A stretch of 64,000 nucleotides of DNA from Desulfomicrobium sp. Lineage in GTDB: Bacteria; Desulfobacterota; Desulfovibrionia; Desulfovibrionales; Desulfomicrobiaceae. A model generated the notes under the pieces. The model was not told the origin of the DNA. It saw nothing but the letters and a program-made list of their open reading frames with translations, and did no database searches. A program made the position numbers and the translations under genes. The DNA is taken from positions 896,001 to 960,000 of the forward strand of contig JAXGMI010000001.1 of the NCBI GenBank assembly GCA_040768745.1, given 5' to 3'. This document shows, one piece after another, positions 26,226-36,700 of the stretch. The first letter of the stretch is position 1; each line of letters begins with the position of its first letter.

Positions 26226-27278
26226 CTACGGCATGAGAGGGGCAAAGGGCAGCCCTGCGTCCGGGTCCAGGCCCAGCATCAGGTTGGCATTGGCCACGGC
26301 CTGGCCGGATGCTCCCCGGCACAGATTGTCGATGGCCGAAAGAACGATGAGCCGATCTGTGCGCGGGTCCGTGACCAGCCCCAGATCGCAGAAATTGGTT
26401 CCGCGCACCCACCTGGTTTCGGGCAGCACGCCTTGGGGCAGAATGCGGACCCACTTCTTCCCGGCGTAGAATTCCGCATAGCAGGAGCGGACCTGTTCCA
26501 GGCCGACCCCGGGCATGAGCTTGGCGTAGGCCGTGGTCAGGATGCCCCGGTTGATGGGCAGGAGATGGGTATTGAAGGACAGACAAAGGCTCCGGCCGGC
26601 GGCCAGGCCCAACTCCTGTTCTATTTCCGGGGTATGACGGTGCTTGGTCAGGTTGTAGGCGCGGAAAGTGTCAGATACCTCGCAATAGAGGGTCCCCACT
26701 CCAGCCTTGCGGCCTGCGCCGGTGGTGCCGGATTTGGAATCAATAACCAGATCCTCCGGGGCAATGAGCCCGGCCTGCAGGGCAGGATACAAGGCCAGGA
26801 TGGCCGATGTCGGGTAGCAGCCCGGATTGGCCACCAGACCGGCCCCGGCGATCCTGTCTGCGTAGAGCTCAGGCAGCCCGTAAACAGCCTCGGACAGCAG
26901 GTCGGGCTGGGTGTGCTCGACCTTGTACCAGCCCTGGTAGACGTCCTTGTCGCGCAGACGGAAATCAGCACTCAGATCGACCACCCTGGCGCCATGCTTC
27001 CGCAGCTCGGCGGCCATTTCCATGGCCGTTCCATGCGGGACAGCCAGAAAAACGAGCTCGCAGTTGGCGGCCAGAAAGGCGCTGTCCGGCTGGGTGATCT
27101 CCAGGTCGCCGAGTTCCGTGCCCTGCAGGAACGGATAGATCCGCTGCAGGGCTTGTCCGGCCTCCTTGCGGGAGGTGACCTGGGTCAGGCGCATGCCCGG
27201 ATGCCCCAGCAGGAGGCGGGCCAATTCCATTCCGGTGTAGCCGGTCACCCCGACCAGTCCGACGCGCTTCATGCCCAT
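26226..27278 (-). CDS. argC: N-acetyl-gamma-glutamyl-phosphate reductase
   Basis: GVTGYTG, DLSADFR, VANPGCYPT, IDNLCRGASGQA. Confidence 0.97.
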   Translation of the reverse strand: MGMKRVGLVGVTGYTGMELARLLLGHPGMRLTQVTSRKEAGQALQRIYPFLQGTELGDLEITQPDSAFLAANCELVFLAVPHGTAMEMAAELRKHGARVVDLSADFRLRDKDVYQGWYKVEHTQPDLLSEAVYGLPELYADRIAGAGLVANPGCYPTSAILALYPALQAGLIAPEDLVIDSKSGTTGAGRKAGVGTLYCEVSDTFRAYNLTKHRHTPEIEQELGLAAGRSLCLSFNTHLLPINRGILTTAYAKLMPGVGLEQVRSCYAEFYAGKKWVRILPQGVLPETRWVRGTNFCDLGLVTDPRTDRLIVLSAIDNLCRGASGQAVANANLMLGLDPDAGLPFAPLMP

Positions 27279-27281
27279 CTC

Positions 27282-27587
27282 CTATTTCACTTTTTGCACG
27301 TACTTCATGCGCAGTTCAAAAAGCATGTCCTTCAGCAGCCGAGCTTCCTGGGGGGTGAGGTTGCCCTGGGTCTTGCGCTCCAGCATGCACAGAATGTCGA
27401 TGGTCTGCTTGGCAGCCAGGAGGTTTTCCGTGTACTGACCGCTTTCAGGCTCCGGCACCTCGCCCAACTGCACCAGGGCCGAGGAACTCATGGACAGGAC
27501 AAACGTCCCGAAATCGAGCTGGGGCAGATCAGAACAGCCACAGGACAGGTCCGCATACTTCTCGGACGCCTTTACTTCCTCGCTCAT
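27282..27587 (-). CDS. DUF1844-like protein
   Basis: FGTFVLSMSSSALVQLG...AKQTIDIL..L..KTQGNLT..E..LL...L.ELR. Confidence 0.8.
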   Translation of the reverse strand: MSEEVKASEKYADLSCGCSDLPQLDFGTFVLSMSSSALVQLGEVPEPESGQYTENLLAAKQTIDILCMLERKTQGNLTPQEARLLKDMLFELRMKYVQKVK

Positions 27588-27742
27588 CTTTCTCCCTCCT
27601 TATGCCTTCTCCACATCTTGTCAGCGTTTCGATTTTCCATACATCCTGGGAGGCAAGCCGCCAAACCTGCCAAGGCCGCCCCCTGTCCGCCGCCCTCTGC
27701 TCGGATGAGCAGAAAAGAAGCAGGCTCGACCTTGAGTCGGAC

Positions 27743-28915
27743 TCACGCCTCCACTCCGGGGTATCCGCCCTCCAGGGCTTCTTCGTATGCGCGCAAAGCA
27801 TCTTCCAGATAGGAGCGGGCCGCGGAATAGCCTCCGGCCTGGGTGAGGCCCATTTTCAGGGCGTGCAGCCCGGCCAGGACATCGGACCAGTCCACATGCC
27901 CCATGTGGCCCACACGGATCACGCTTTTTTTCAGATCGCCCTGGCCCCCCGCCATGACGACCCCGTACGAGTCTGCCGCCGTCTTGAGAATTGCACCGCC
28001 GTCGATTCCAGGCCCGAGCTTGATGGAAGTCAGCCCCCAGGTGAAATGTGTCTTGGCCAGGAGATCAAGTCCCAGGCTGCGCACTCCGGCTCGGGTCATC
28101 TTGGTCAGGGCCCATTGCTTGCGGTACACGGACTCCAGGCCCTGGGTGCGGAACAGATCGAGGCCGGCGGCCAGGCCCTGCAGCAGGTTGACCGGGGAGG
28201 TGAACAGAGTCTGGTGTTCCAGGTTTTTGTCCCGTTCGGCCAGAAGGTTGAAATAGAAATTGGCGGGCTTCACGTCCCGCACCTTGTCCCAGGCCCGGGC
28301 GCTCAGGCTCAAAAGGGCCAGGCCAGGAGGGAGCATGAGTCCCTTCTGGGATCCGGTCAGCAGGCAGTCTATGTGCCACTGGTCCATGGGGCACGGAGAG
28401 ATGCCCACGGCCGAGATGCCGTCTACCACCAGAAGCGTGTTGCTCCCATTGGTCAGCGCACCCAGCTCGCGCACAGGATGAAGAACGCCCATGGATGTTT
28501 CCGAGGCCTGGACCAAGACCGCCCTCGCGTCTGCATGCATGGCCAGGGCCTCGCCCACGGCTGCGGCCGTCACGGCCTCCCCAGGCTCCTGCACCAGCGA
28601 TACAACACGCAGGCCATGGGCCTGGGCGATTTCCCGCCACCGCTCTCCGAACTTGCCCCCCTCAACCACCACGACCTTCTCGCCCGGGGCGAAAAGGTTG
28701 GTCACGGCCGCATACATGGCTCCGGTCCCGGAACAGGACAGGGGGAGCACCTGCTCCCTGGTACCGAACAGATGCTGCAACCCGGGCTGGATCCTCTCCA
28801 TGACCCGCTTGAAGTCGGCCTTGCGATGGTGGATCATGTCCCTGGCCAGGGCCAGCCGAACGTCTTCGGGTATGGGCGTTGGTCCGGGAGTCAAGAGTCT
28901 AAGCTTGTTGAACAT
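27743..28915 (-). CDS. Class V PLP aminotransferase (alanine/serine-glyoxylate aminotransferase family)
   Basis: LLTPGPT, GKFGERW, ETSMG, VDGIS, GSQKGLMLPPG, RVGHMG. Confidence 0.92.
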   Translation of the reverse strand: MFNKLRLLTPGPTPIPEDVRLALARDMIHHRKADFKRVMERIQPGLQHLFGTREQVLPLSCSGTGAMYAAVTNLFAPGEKVVVVEGGKFGERWREIAQAHGLRVVSLVQEPGEAVTAAAVGEALAMHADARAVLVQASETSMGVLHPVRELGALTNGSNTLLVVDGISAVGISPCPMDQWHIDCLLTGSQKGLMLPPGLALLSLSARAWDKVRDVKPANFYFNLLAERDKNLEHQTLFTSPVNLLQGLAAGLDLFRTQGLESVYRKQWALTKMTRAGVRSLGLDLLAKTHFTWGLTSIKLGPGIDGGAILKTAADSYGVVMAGGQGDLKKSVIRVGHMGHVDWSDVLAGLHALKMGLTQAGGYSAARSYLEDALRAYEEALEGGYPGVEA

Positions 28916-28937
28916 AAATATATCCGTATGTTTCTGG

Positions 28938-31490
28938 TTACGCGTGTGCTTCGTTCCAGTCCTCGCCCACGCCCCAGTCCACGGCCAGGGGCACGGACAG
29001 CTGGTACACCGAAGACATGATCCGGGCCACCTCCTCTCCGGCAGCACTGGCCTGCGACAAGGGCGCCTCGAGCAGGAGCTCGTCGTGGATCTGCAAAATG
29101 AGACTCGCGCCTAATTCTCCGATAACAGGGCTTTTGTCCACTTCGAGCATGGCCTTCTTGATGATGTCCGCGGCCGAGCCCTGGACCACGGTGTTGATCG
29201 CCATGCGCCGAGCCTGCTGGGCCAGGTTGGCGTTGCGGGAATTGATGTCCGGGAGGATGCGACGCCTCCCGGCCAGGGTCGTCACATAGCCAGCAGACCT
29301 GGCTCCCTCCTCTATTTCCTCGTAAAACTGGCGCACCCTCGAAAGCTTGCTGAAATAGACGGCGATGAACTCTTTGGCCTCCTTGAGGCTGATGCCCAGT
29401 TCACGGCTGAGCTTCTGGGGGCCCATGCCGTAGAGCAAGCCGAAATTGATGGTCTTGGCCTTGCGCCGCTCGTCGGGACTGACCTCCTTCTTGTCGAAAA
29501 GGATGCCGGCCGTGCGGGCGTGGATATCCTCGCCGGCGGCAAAGGCCTCCCGCAGGGTGGGGTCGCCGGACATGTGGGCCAGAACCCGCAGTTCAATCTG
29601 GGAGTAGTCGGCAGCAACCAATCGCCCCCCGGACGGGGCCACGAAGCAGGACCGCATCCTGGGGCCGAGAGCGCCCCGAATGGGGATGTTCTGCAGGTTG
29701 GGGTTGCTGCTTGAAAGCCGTCCCGTGGCCGTGGCCAGCTGATTGAAGGTGGTGTGGATGCGGCCGCCGGCATCGGCCAGGGCGGGCATGGGCTCCAGGT
29801 AGGTGGAACGCAGTTTCTCGTACATCCGGAATTCGAGAATATCGGAGACGATCGGATGCTGGTGGACCAGACATTCCAGCACGGTGCTGGACGTGGATTG
29901 GGCCCCGCCCGGCGTTTTCTGTTTACAGGCCAGGCCGAGCTTGCCAAAGAGAATCTCAGAAAGCTGCTGGCTGGAGCGGATATTGAATTGCCCTCCGGCC
30001 TGGGTGAAGATTCTCGTGCTCAATCTCTCCAGCTCGCGCTGGACCTGGCCCAGAAAATCCCTGAACTTGACGGCGTCAATCCGGATACCCCGCTTCTGCA
30101 TGCGAACCAACACCTCGGTCAGAGGCTGCTCCAGTTCGCGCATGAGTGAGAGAAGCCCGGAGCCGGCCAACCTGTTTTTCATTACCCGGCCCACGGCCAG
30201 GACGGTCTGGCCAAGATTGTTCTTCTCGACCACGAGTTCCTCACCCAGACCATCCCGGAGCCGGTCCAGGGAGTAGTTGCGCTCCTCGGGGCTCAGGAGA
30301 TAGGCGGCCAGCTCCACGTCGAAAATTTCGGCACATCCGCGCAGGTCAAGACGGCCCTCCTCCAGGAGCGTCTTGTAGGAAGCGACGTGCACCACCGCCC
30401 CGGCCAGGGCCCGACCCAAACCGGGCACGGGCCCCATGTACACCAGCTCGCTCTCGTCCGTGCCCAGAATCCACTGTCCCTGGCCGGCATGAAGCCCCAC
30501 TTCCCGGCCGGCCAACGATTCCAGATCCTGCACCATGCGGGGCTCGGTCCGGACTGGCCCGGCCGCGCGGACCACCCCGGAATCCGGTGAGACGCCCCCT
30601 GCGGGGGTGCCGTCCAGAGCATCCAGGTCGGCCTGCAGGGAGCGGAATTCATAGGCGCGGAAAAAGTCCAGGATTCCCTGTTCTGCCGGGCGGAGGGCCA
30701 AATCCGAGAGATCCACGTCCGCGCAGAGGTCCGTGCGCAGGGTGGTCAGCTGCCTGTACACAAAGACCTGCTCCATGTGCGGGGCCAGGAGGGTCTGCTC
30801 CTTGGCCGTCAGCCGGCTGAAATTCTTTTTCAGGGAGTCGAGGCTCGAAAAACGGCGCAAAAAACCCATGGCGGTCTTGGGCCCGACCTTGGGTATGCCC
30901 GGGATGTTGTCGGACGAGTCGCCGATCATGGCCTGGTAGTCCGCCCATTGCCAGGGCTCCAGACCCGTCTCCGTGATGAAGGAATGCCGGGTGACGATTT
31001 TTTCCTTGCCCTGAGCGGGGTCCCACATGACGACGTCGGCATCCAAACATTGGCGCAGATCCTTGTCCGCTCCGACGATGACCACGCTGCGTTCGTCCTT
31101 GAATCTGCTGGCCAGGGAGGCAATGTAATCGTCGGCCTCCCCTGTTTCGGCCTCCAGCACCGGAACGCCCAGCAGCATGAGCCCCTCCTTCAGAGGGCCA
31201 AGCTGGGCGGCCAGCCCTTCGGGCATGCGCAACCGGTTGGCTTTGTAGCCTTCAAACAGTTGATTACGGAAATTGGGACCCGGGCCGTCAGTCACAAAAA
31301 CCAGATAGGTGGGCTGCTCCTCGCGCAACAGCTTCAGAACCAGCTTGAAAATGATGTACATGGCGCTGGTGGGGAATCCATCCGAGCGCTTGAAGTCCGG
31401 ATAGGCGTAAAAGCCCCGATAGATGAACGCGTGGCCGTCGATTAAAAAAATGGGCTCGGTCTTGAGCCCGAGCCGTACCTGCAAACGCAT
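28938..31490 (-). CDS. polA: DNA polymerase I
   Basis: 5'-3' exonuclease (LIDG, EADD, GDSSDNIPG) plus polymerase motifs TGRLSSSNPNLQNIP, DYSQIELR, KTINFGLLYG, QIHDELL. Confidence 0.97.
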   Translation of the reverse strand: MRLQVRLGLKTEPIFLIDGHAFIYRGFYAYPDFKRSDGFPTSAMYIIFKLVLKLLREEQPTYLVFVTDGPGPNFRNQLFEGYKANRLRMPEGLAAQLGPLKEGLMLLGVPVLEAETGEADDYIASLASRFKDERSVVIVGADKDLRQCLDADVVMWDPAQGKEKIVTRHSFITETGLEPWQWADYQAMIGDSSDNIPGIPKVGPKTAMGFLRRFSSLDSLKKNFSRLTAKEQTLLAPHMEQVFVYRQLTTLRTDLCADVDLSDLALRPAEQGILDFFRAYEFRSLQADLDALDGTPAGGVSPDSGVVRAAGPVRTEPRMVQDLESLAGREVGLHAGQGQWILGTDESELVYMGPVPGLGRALAGAVVHVASYKTLLEEGRLDLRGCAEIFDVELAAYLLSPEERNYSLDRLRDGLGEELVVEKNNLGQTVLAVGRVMKNRLAGSGLLSLMRELEQPLTEVLVRMQKRGIRIDAVKFRDFLGQVQRELERLSTRIFTQAGGQFNIRSSQQLSEILFGKLGLACKQKTPGGAQSTSSTVLECLVHQHPIVSDILEFRMYEKLRSTYLEPMPALADAGGRIHTTFNQLATATGRLSSSNPNLQNIPIRGALGPRMRSCFVAPSGGRLVAADYSQIELRVLAHMSGDPTLREAFAAGEDIHARTAGILFDKKEVSPDERRKAKTINFGLLYGMGPQKLSRELGISLKEAKEFIAVYFSKLSRVRQFYEEIEEGARSAGYVTTLAGRRRILPDINSRNANLAQQARRMAINTVVQGSAADIIKKAMLEVDKSPVIGELGASLILQIHDELLLEAPLSQASAAGEEVARIMSSVYQLSVPLAVDWGVGEDWNEAHA

Positions 31491-31517
31491 GTGACCTCCA
31501 CCCGCAGCGTGGGAGAA

Positions 31518-32546
31518 CTATTTTTTACATCCGCAAGCGCCGTTTTCCGGTTCCTTCTTTTTTTTCTTCACTTCCGTGCTCATGTGCAGCCGCTCCCAGA
31601 TGAACTGGCTGGCATGCTGGCAGCCCAGCTTTTCCATGGCTATCTCGGCCCTGGCCATGGACTTGTGTCCACCAGCCGAGCCCACGTCCCCGAAAAGGCG
31701 CTTGGCGAACTTGCCCATGTCCCTCCGGAGCCCGTCCCCGCGAAAAACCACGATCAGCTTGTTTTCATGGATGCCGCTGACCATGGTCATGGTCAGGCCG
31801 TGCACGCGCAGGAAGAAATCCGCCAGAATGACCAGGATGTCGGGCGAATCGACCCTGCCCATGAAAATGGTGATGGTCTTGCCCATGACCCGCATCTTGC
31901 GGAAGGCCTGGGTGAAATACTTGAGCCATTCCAGGCGGAATTCCGAACGGATGATCTTGTGCAAAAGAGGCCTGCTGTAGAACTTGGAAAGATAGCGGAA
32001 GGCCTTCATGTCGTTGTCGTGGAATTCGCGCTCAAAGGTCTGGGTGTCGGTCTTGATCCCGTACAGAAGGGCCGTGGCCAGGAGCTTTCCCGGCCGCAGC
32101 CCGAGGTTGTAGAGATACTCGGTCAGGATGGTCGAATTGGACCCGTATTCGGACACGATTTCCACGTAGTCAGCATCTACGGGCGTGCCCGCCACCTTGG
32201 GATGGTGGTCGATGACCAGAGAAAAACGAAACGAGGCGAACTCGGGATGATGATGGGGCTGTGAATCGACCAGGGCAAAGCGGTCATACTGCGCGGCCAG
32301 AAGCGGAGTCAGCTTCTTGGTCTGAATGCGCAGAAGGCGGATCATGGCCAGATTGTCCGGCCGGGTGATCTCGTTCACATGGGCAATACCCACCTGATCC
32401 ACCCGTCCGGCCAGAATGCGCTTCAGGGCCATCGCCGAGGCCAGGGCATCGGGGTCGGCATTGATGAGAATCAGCCACCGCTCGTTCTTGTTCAACAACT
32501 CTTGGAGCTTGACCAGCTTCGGATCGAGCTTGCGAAAGTAGGCCAT
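31518..32546 (-). CDS. DHH-family phosphoesterase
   Basis: ADPDALAS, LVD, IDHH, GIKTDT, AGGH. Confidence 0.9.
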   Translation of the reverse strand: MAYFRKLDPKLVKLQELLNKNERWLILINADPDALASAMALKRILAGRVDQVGIAHVNEITRPDNLAMIRLLRIQTKKLTPLLAAQYDRFALVDSQPHHHPEFASFRFSLVIDHHPKVAGTPVDADYVEIVSEYGSNSTILTEYLYNLGLRPGKLLATALLYGIKTDTQTFEREFHDNDMKAFRYLSKFYSRPLLHKIIRSEFRLEWLKYFTQAFRKMRVMGKTITIFMGRVDSPDILVILADFFLRVHGLTMTMVSGIHENKLIVVFRGDGLRRDMGKFAKRLFGDVGSAGGHKSMARAEIAMEKLGCQHASQFIWERLHMSTEVKKKKKEPENGACGCKK

Positions 32547-32553
32547 GACCCTC

Positions 32554-33069
32554 TCACTTGAATTTTTTGGCCAAACCGGCAACCACTAAATACACGCTTG
32601 CGCTGACCCTGGCAATTTCACGGTTGAGCTGTCCCAGGTTGCGGACAAAAGTGCGCATGGGGCCGTCCAGGGCAAGCGGACCCAGACCCATCTCCGTGGA
32701 TACCAGAATGAGCCGCGGACCTCTCCAGCCCTCCAGCACCTCCAGCAGGTCAGCCCCTCGCGCCTGCCTTTGCGGCTCCAGGTCCAGGTTGTGCATGACC
32801 GAAAACATCCAGAAATCAAGGCTGTCCACCAGAATGCCGCCAGCCCGGACCGACAGGTCCAGCAACACCTCGGGCAGTTCCGTGTCGACCTCCACGATTT
32901 CGATTTTCCTGTCCCTGTTCAAACGGTGATCCTGAATCTGAGCCCGAAAGGCCTGGTCCCGGGACCTGCCTGTGGCTACCATGACCCAGGGTCGGGGTGT
33001 CTGGGACAAAAGCTCCAGCCCGAAATCCGATTTGCCGGACTTGTTCCCGCCCAGGATCAGCTCAACCAT
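32554..33069 (-). CDS. cobU: Adenosylcobinamide kinase / cobinamide-phosphate guanylyltransferase
   Basis: LILGGNKSGKS, I..H...R, LVSTEMGLG, LGQLN...A..VYLVVAG. Confidence 0.88.
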   Translation of the reverse strand: MVELILGGNKSGKSDFGLELLSQTPRPWVMVATGRSRDQAFRAQIQDHRLNRDRKIEIVEVDTELPEVLLDLSVRAGGILVDSLDFWMFSVMHNLDLEPQRQARGADLLEVLEGWRGPRLILVSTEMGLGPLALDGPMRTFVRNLGQLNREIARVSASVYLVVAGLAKKFK

Positions 33070-33781
33070 GGTCCATGCCCCATTCGGAAAGCCAGCTTTT
33101 CAAAAGCATGAGTGAATTCTCCAGGCTGGGCAGGTCAAACACCTCCACCACCAGCGCACAGCCCCGCCCCAGACGGGCCAGAATATCATGCAGCAGCGAG
33201 GGGTCGGGCAGGCAGTCCAGCCCGAGATGCCCTGAGGAATTCTCCCCACCATAGACGTGCAGGATGCGGATCCGTTCGAAAATCCCCGGCAAATCCAGGA
33301 TATGCTCCTGCCCGTAGCTGACAAGATGACCCAGATCCAGACACACACCCAGGTCCAGATCCGTGATTTCCCGCCAGAGCGCGGCCAGATCATCCTGCCG
33401 CGTATTTTCCAGGCAAAGCCGGGCAGAGATCTCTGGACGTAAAGAAAGCAGGGCTTCAAGCTGTGCTGCTCCGGGCGGATGCAGCACATAGTGGCGAGGG
33501 CGCAAAAAGGCAATTTTCTCCTCCAGGGCCAGGATCGTTGCGGACACACCCGCCGCGCCGCCATCCCAGGGCAAATCCAGGGGGAGATGGACATGGAAGG
33601 AAAGCCCCAGGCTTGGCAGGTCCAACGGCAGATCTCTCTGGTCGTAGGCCAGACAACCCGCTGTCTCCAGGAACATGAGCCCTACCTCGTCGACGCGCCC
33701 GGCCAGAACCCGGCAATTGGGTCCCACCCGATCAGCAATGACGCAGGATGGAGCGGCCAAACGAAAAGTTTTACCGGTCAA
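33062..33781 (-). CDS. TIM-barrel (AP endonuclease 2-like) protein, CbiR-like cobamide-remodelling phosphodiesterase
   Basis: FRLAAPS, HVHLPLDL, VLHPP, LEN, CLDLGHL, HVYG, VVEVF; overlaps cobU; TTG start overlaps the upstream TGA. Confidence 0.65.
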   Translation of the reverse strand: MTGKTFRLAAPSCVIADRVGPNCRVLAGRVDEVGLMFLETAGCLAYDQRDLPLDLPSLGLSFHVHLPLDLPWDGGAAGVSATILALEEKIAFLRPRHYVLHPPGAAQLEALLSLRPEISARLCLENTRQDDLAALWREITDLDLGVCLDLGHLVSYGQEHILDLPGIFERIRILHVYGGENSSGHLGLDCLPDPSLLHDILARLGRGCALVVEVFDLPSLENSLMLLKSWLSEWGMDHG

Positions 33782-36700
33782 AACAGGCTCAGCTGCCGTT
33801 CGCTGCGGCGGACATGACGCTTGAGGGCGCTTCTGCGGATCATGTCCTGGGGGAGTTTGCGGACCAGGGAGGACAGGCTCAGTTTGAGGGTTTTGCCGAA
33901 GACCCTGCGACTCGCACAATGGCTCATGAAGAGCATGGTTTTGGCCCGGGTCAGGCCTACATAGAAAAGACGGCGCTCTTCCTCCAGGTCCAGTCCTCCG
34001 TCCGCTCCGGGCTTGCCCAGCAGCATGTCCATCCCGGCAAAAGGCAGAATTCCCTCTTCCAGGCCCGGCAGAAAGACCGCCTCGAACTCCAGGCCCTTGG
34101 CCCCGTGCATGGTCATGACCTGCACCTTCTGGGCCTTGGCCCGGACTGCGCAGAGTTCCGTCTCCAGGCGAACCATATTCATCAGGCCACGCCAGCCCGC
34201 GCAGGTCTGAAAGGCCTTGACCAGATCCAGAAACGGCTGGCTCTTCCAGAAGAGTTCGTCAAAAGGCGCTGTTTGCCCCAGGAAGACGGCCATGCCCAGG
34301 GGTCCCTTTTCCACCACGCTTTCGGGGCAGGCTGGGATTTCCTCTCCAGGCGTGTCGGGCATGCCCAGGACATTGCCGGCAATGCGCAGCAGGATATCGA
34401 CCCTGGCGTCCATGAAGAACGGCTCCTCCTCCGGCACGGACACAGGAATTCCTGCCCCGTGCAGGGCTTTTGCAATGGGAGGGATGAGGGCCTTGAGCCG
34501 AACCAGAACGGCAATGTCACCTGGGGCCAAAGTTCCGCCTTCCTGCGCATCGGCCTGCCAGTGTCCGGTTCCGCCCAGCAGTTCACGGATCCGCCCCGCG
34601 ATCCAGTCTGCCTCCTGTTCCGCGGTCTGGGCCTCGAACAGGAAAATGGAGGCGGCATGGCTTTTCTGGGCCACCAGGGTTTCCTTGTCCGTCAGCAGCC
34701 TTGCGCTCAAACCCAGAATCTGCTGGGCCGAACGGTAGTTGTGGATGAGCCGGATGCGCTTTAATTCCGGCCAGCTGACCTTGAGCCTGGCCTCCACATC
34801 GCGGCTCGCCCCGCGAAAGGCGTAAATCGCCTGATTGGGGTCGCCGATGGCGAAAAATCCGTGTCCGTTCCTGGGGGCCAGACCCATGACCAGGCCAAGC
34901 TGCAGGGGTGAAAGGTCCTGGACTTCGTCCACCAGGACATGATCAAAGGCCGGGCTGTACTGTCCGAGTTCCAGGTGCTCGAGCCAGAACTCCAACAAGT
35001 CGGTGTAGTCCACCAGATTGAAACGGGCCTTGTGGTCCAGATAGCGCCTGGTCTGCTCACCCGGAACCCGCACCCCGCGTTCACGGGCCAGGGATTGCTC
35101 GTTCCAGGCCGTTTTCAAGGCCTTGCCCGCAAGTCCGGGGTTGGCCGCCCCGAAAAGGCGGCGGGCACTTTCCTCCGAAAGAAGGGTGGGCGGCTCGCCC
35201 ATGACCTGGGTCCAGTACTCCAGGGCCAGGGCGTGCAGGGTGTCTGCCTTGGGCACGTCAGCGCCAGGAGGCAGCATGTGCTGAAGGCGGTCTTTGAGTT
35301 CCCTGGCCGCCTTGCGGGTAAAGGTCAGGATGATCATGCGTCCGGGCTCGCCCCCTTGTTCCACCAGATGCCGAACCCGGCCCGTGAGGGTCTGGGTCTT
35401 GCCCGTGCCCGGGCCGGCCAAAACCAGGACAGGACCTGGGCCGGCCAGAATGGCCGCGAGTTGCATCTCGTTGGGCGCGGTTGTTTCGCTTTCTCCCTTT
35501 TCCTCCAGCGCCGCAAAGGGTCTGCGCCATCGCTGCCCGTCCTCCTCGGTGTTCCTGCCCGGACCCTGGGCCAGGGCCAGCATACGGCCATGCCTGAATT
35601 CCAGCAGTTCCTGGGGGCTGAACATGGATATGCGTCCGAACTCCCCGTCATAGCCTGAATGCCGATGAACCATACCTTGGCGCATCCTGCGCACTGCTTC
35701 GCCCAGGATCCTGGACGACCGGCTCAGGTCCTCCACGGGAATGACCCGCAATATGCTCAACTCCGAACTGAACTGGCGCAGCAGGTCGCTGTACATGCGC
35801 AGCACTTTCTTGGTTCCGGGCGCTGCTCCCAGGATTTCACCCAGCATTTCTGGCAGGGGAACCAGGGAACAGTACCCTGGATGCTTCGCCGGCCGGAGGG
35901 GTGAGGGCCGGTCCGCAAGCTCGAAGACACGGTTCAGGACCCCGACGGTCAGGGGCTTTGCGCAGACAGGACAGACCCCTCCATGACGTCTGGTCTCCCG
36001 TGGTTCCAGCATGACCTTGCACTTTCTATGTCCGTCGAGATGGTATTTCCCCTCTTCGGGATAGAATTCCAGAGTCCCTTGGTACAGCGTTCCCCCATCC
36101 TCACGGCGCAGGGCCTGCCGCAGTCCCGTATAGGAGATGTCCCCGGAAAAGATCGTGGCCTCGCGGCCCAGCTTTTCCCCGGAATGGGCATCAGAATTGG
36201 ACACCAGGGTGAAACGATCCAGGGCGCTCCACAGCCAGTTCATCTCCGGGTCCGACGACAGGCCGGTTTCCAGGGCAAAAATCTCGGTACTCAGATCTCC
36301 GAAACATTCCTCCACCGTATCGAATCCGGATTTGGATCCGAACAGGGAAAACCACGGGGTCCAGATATGAGCCGGAATGAGGAAAGCCAAGGGATCTGTT
36401 TCCAGAACCATTTCCAGAAGATCGCGGGCATCAAGACCAAGGATGGGTCGGCCGTCCGAGGCGAGATTGCCGACTTCGGCCAGACGGGTCGTGAAGCGTT
36501 TGGCAGCGTCCAGACCCGGCATGAAGACCAGGTTGTGGATTTTCCTGACCTTGCCGCCTTTTTTGTAGATGGAACTGATCTCAGTGCACAGGATGAATCG
36601 CGTGCCCCTGGACAGGTCAGTGCCTCCGTACCAGGGCAATTCCTGCTCCAGGGCCCTTTCGTCCTGCAGCCGAAACAGACCGTTTTCCTCAGCCACAAGC

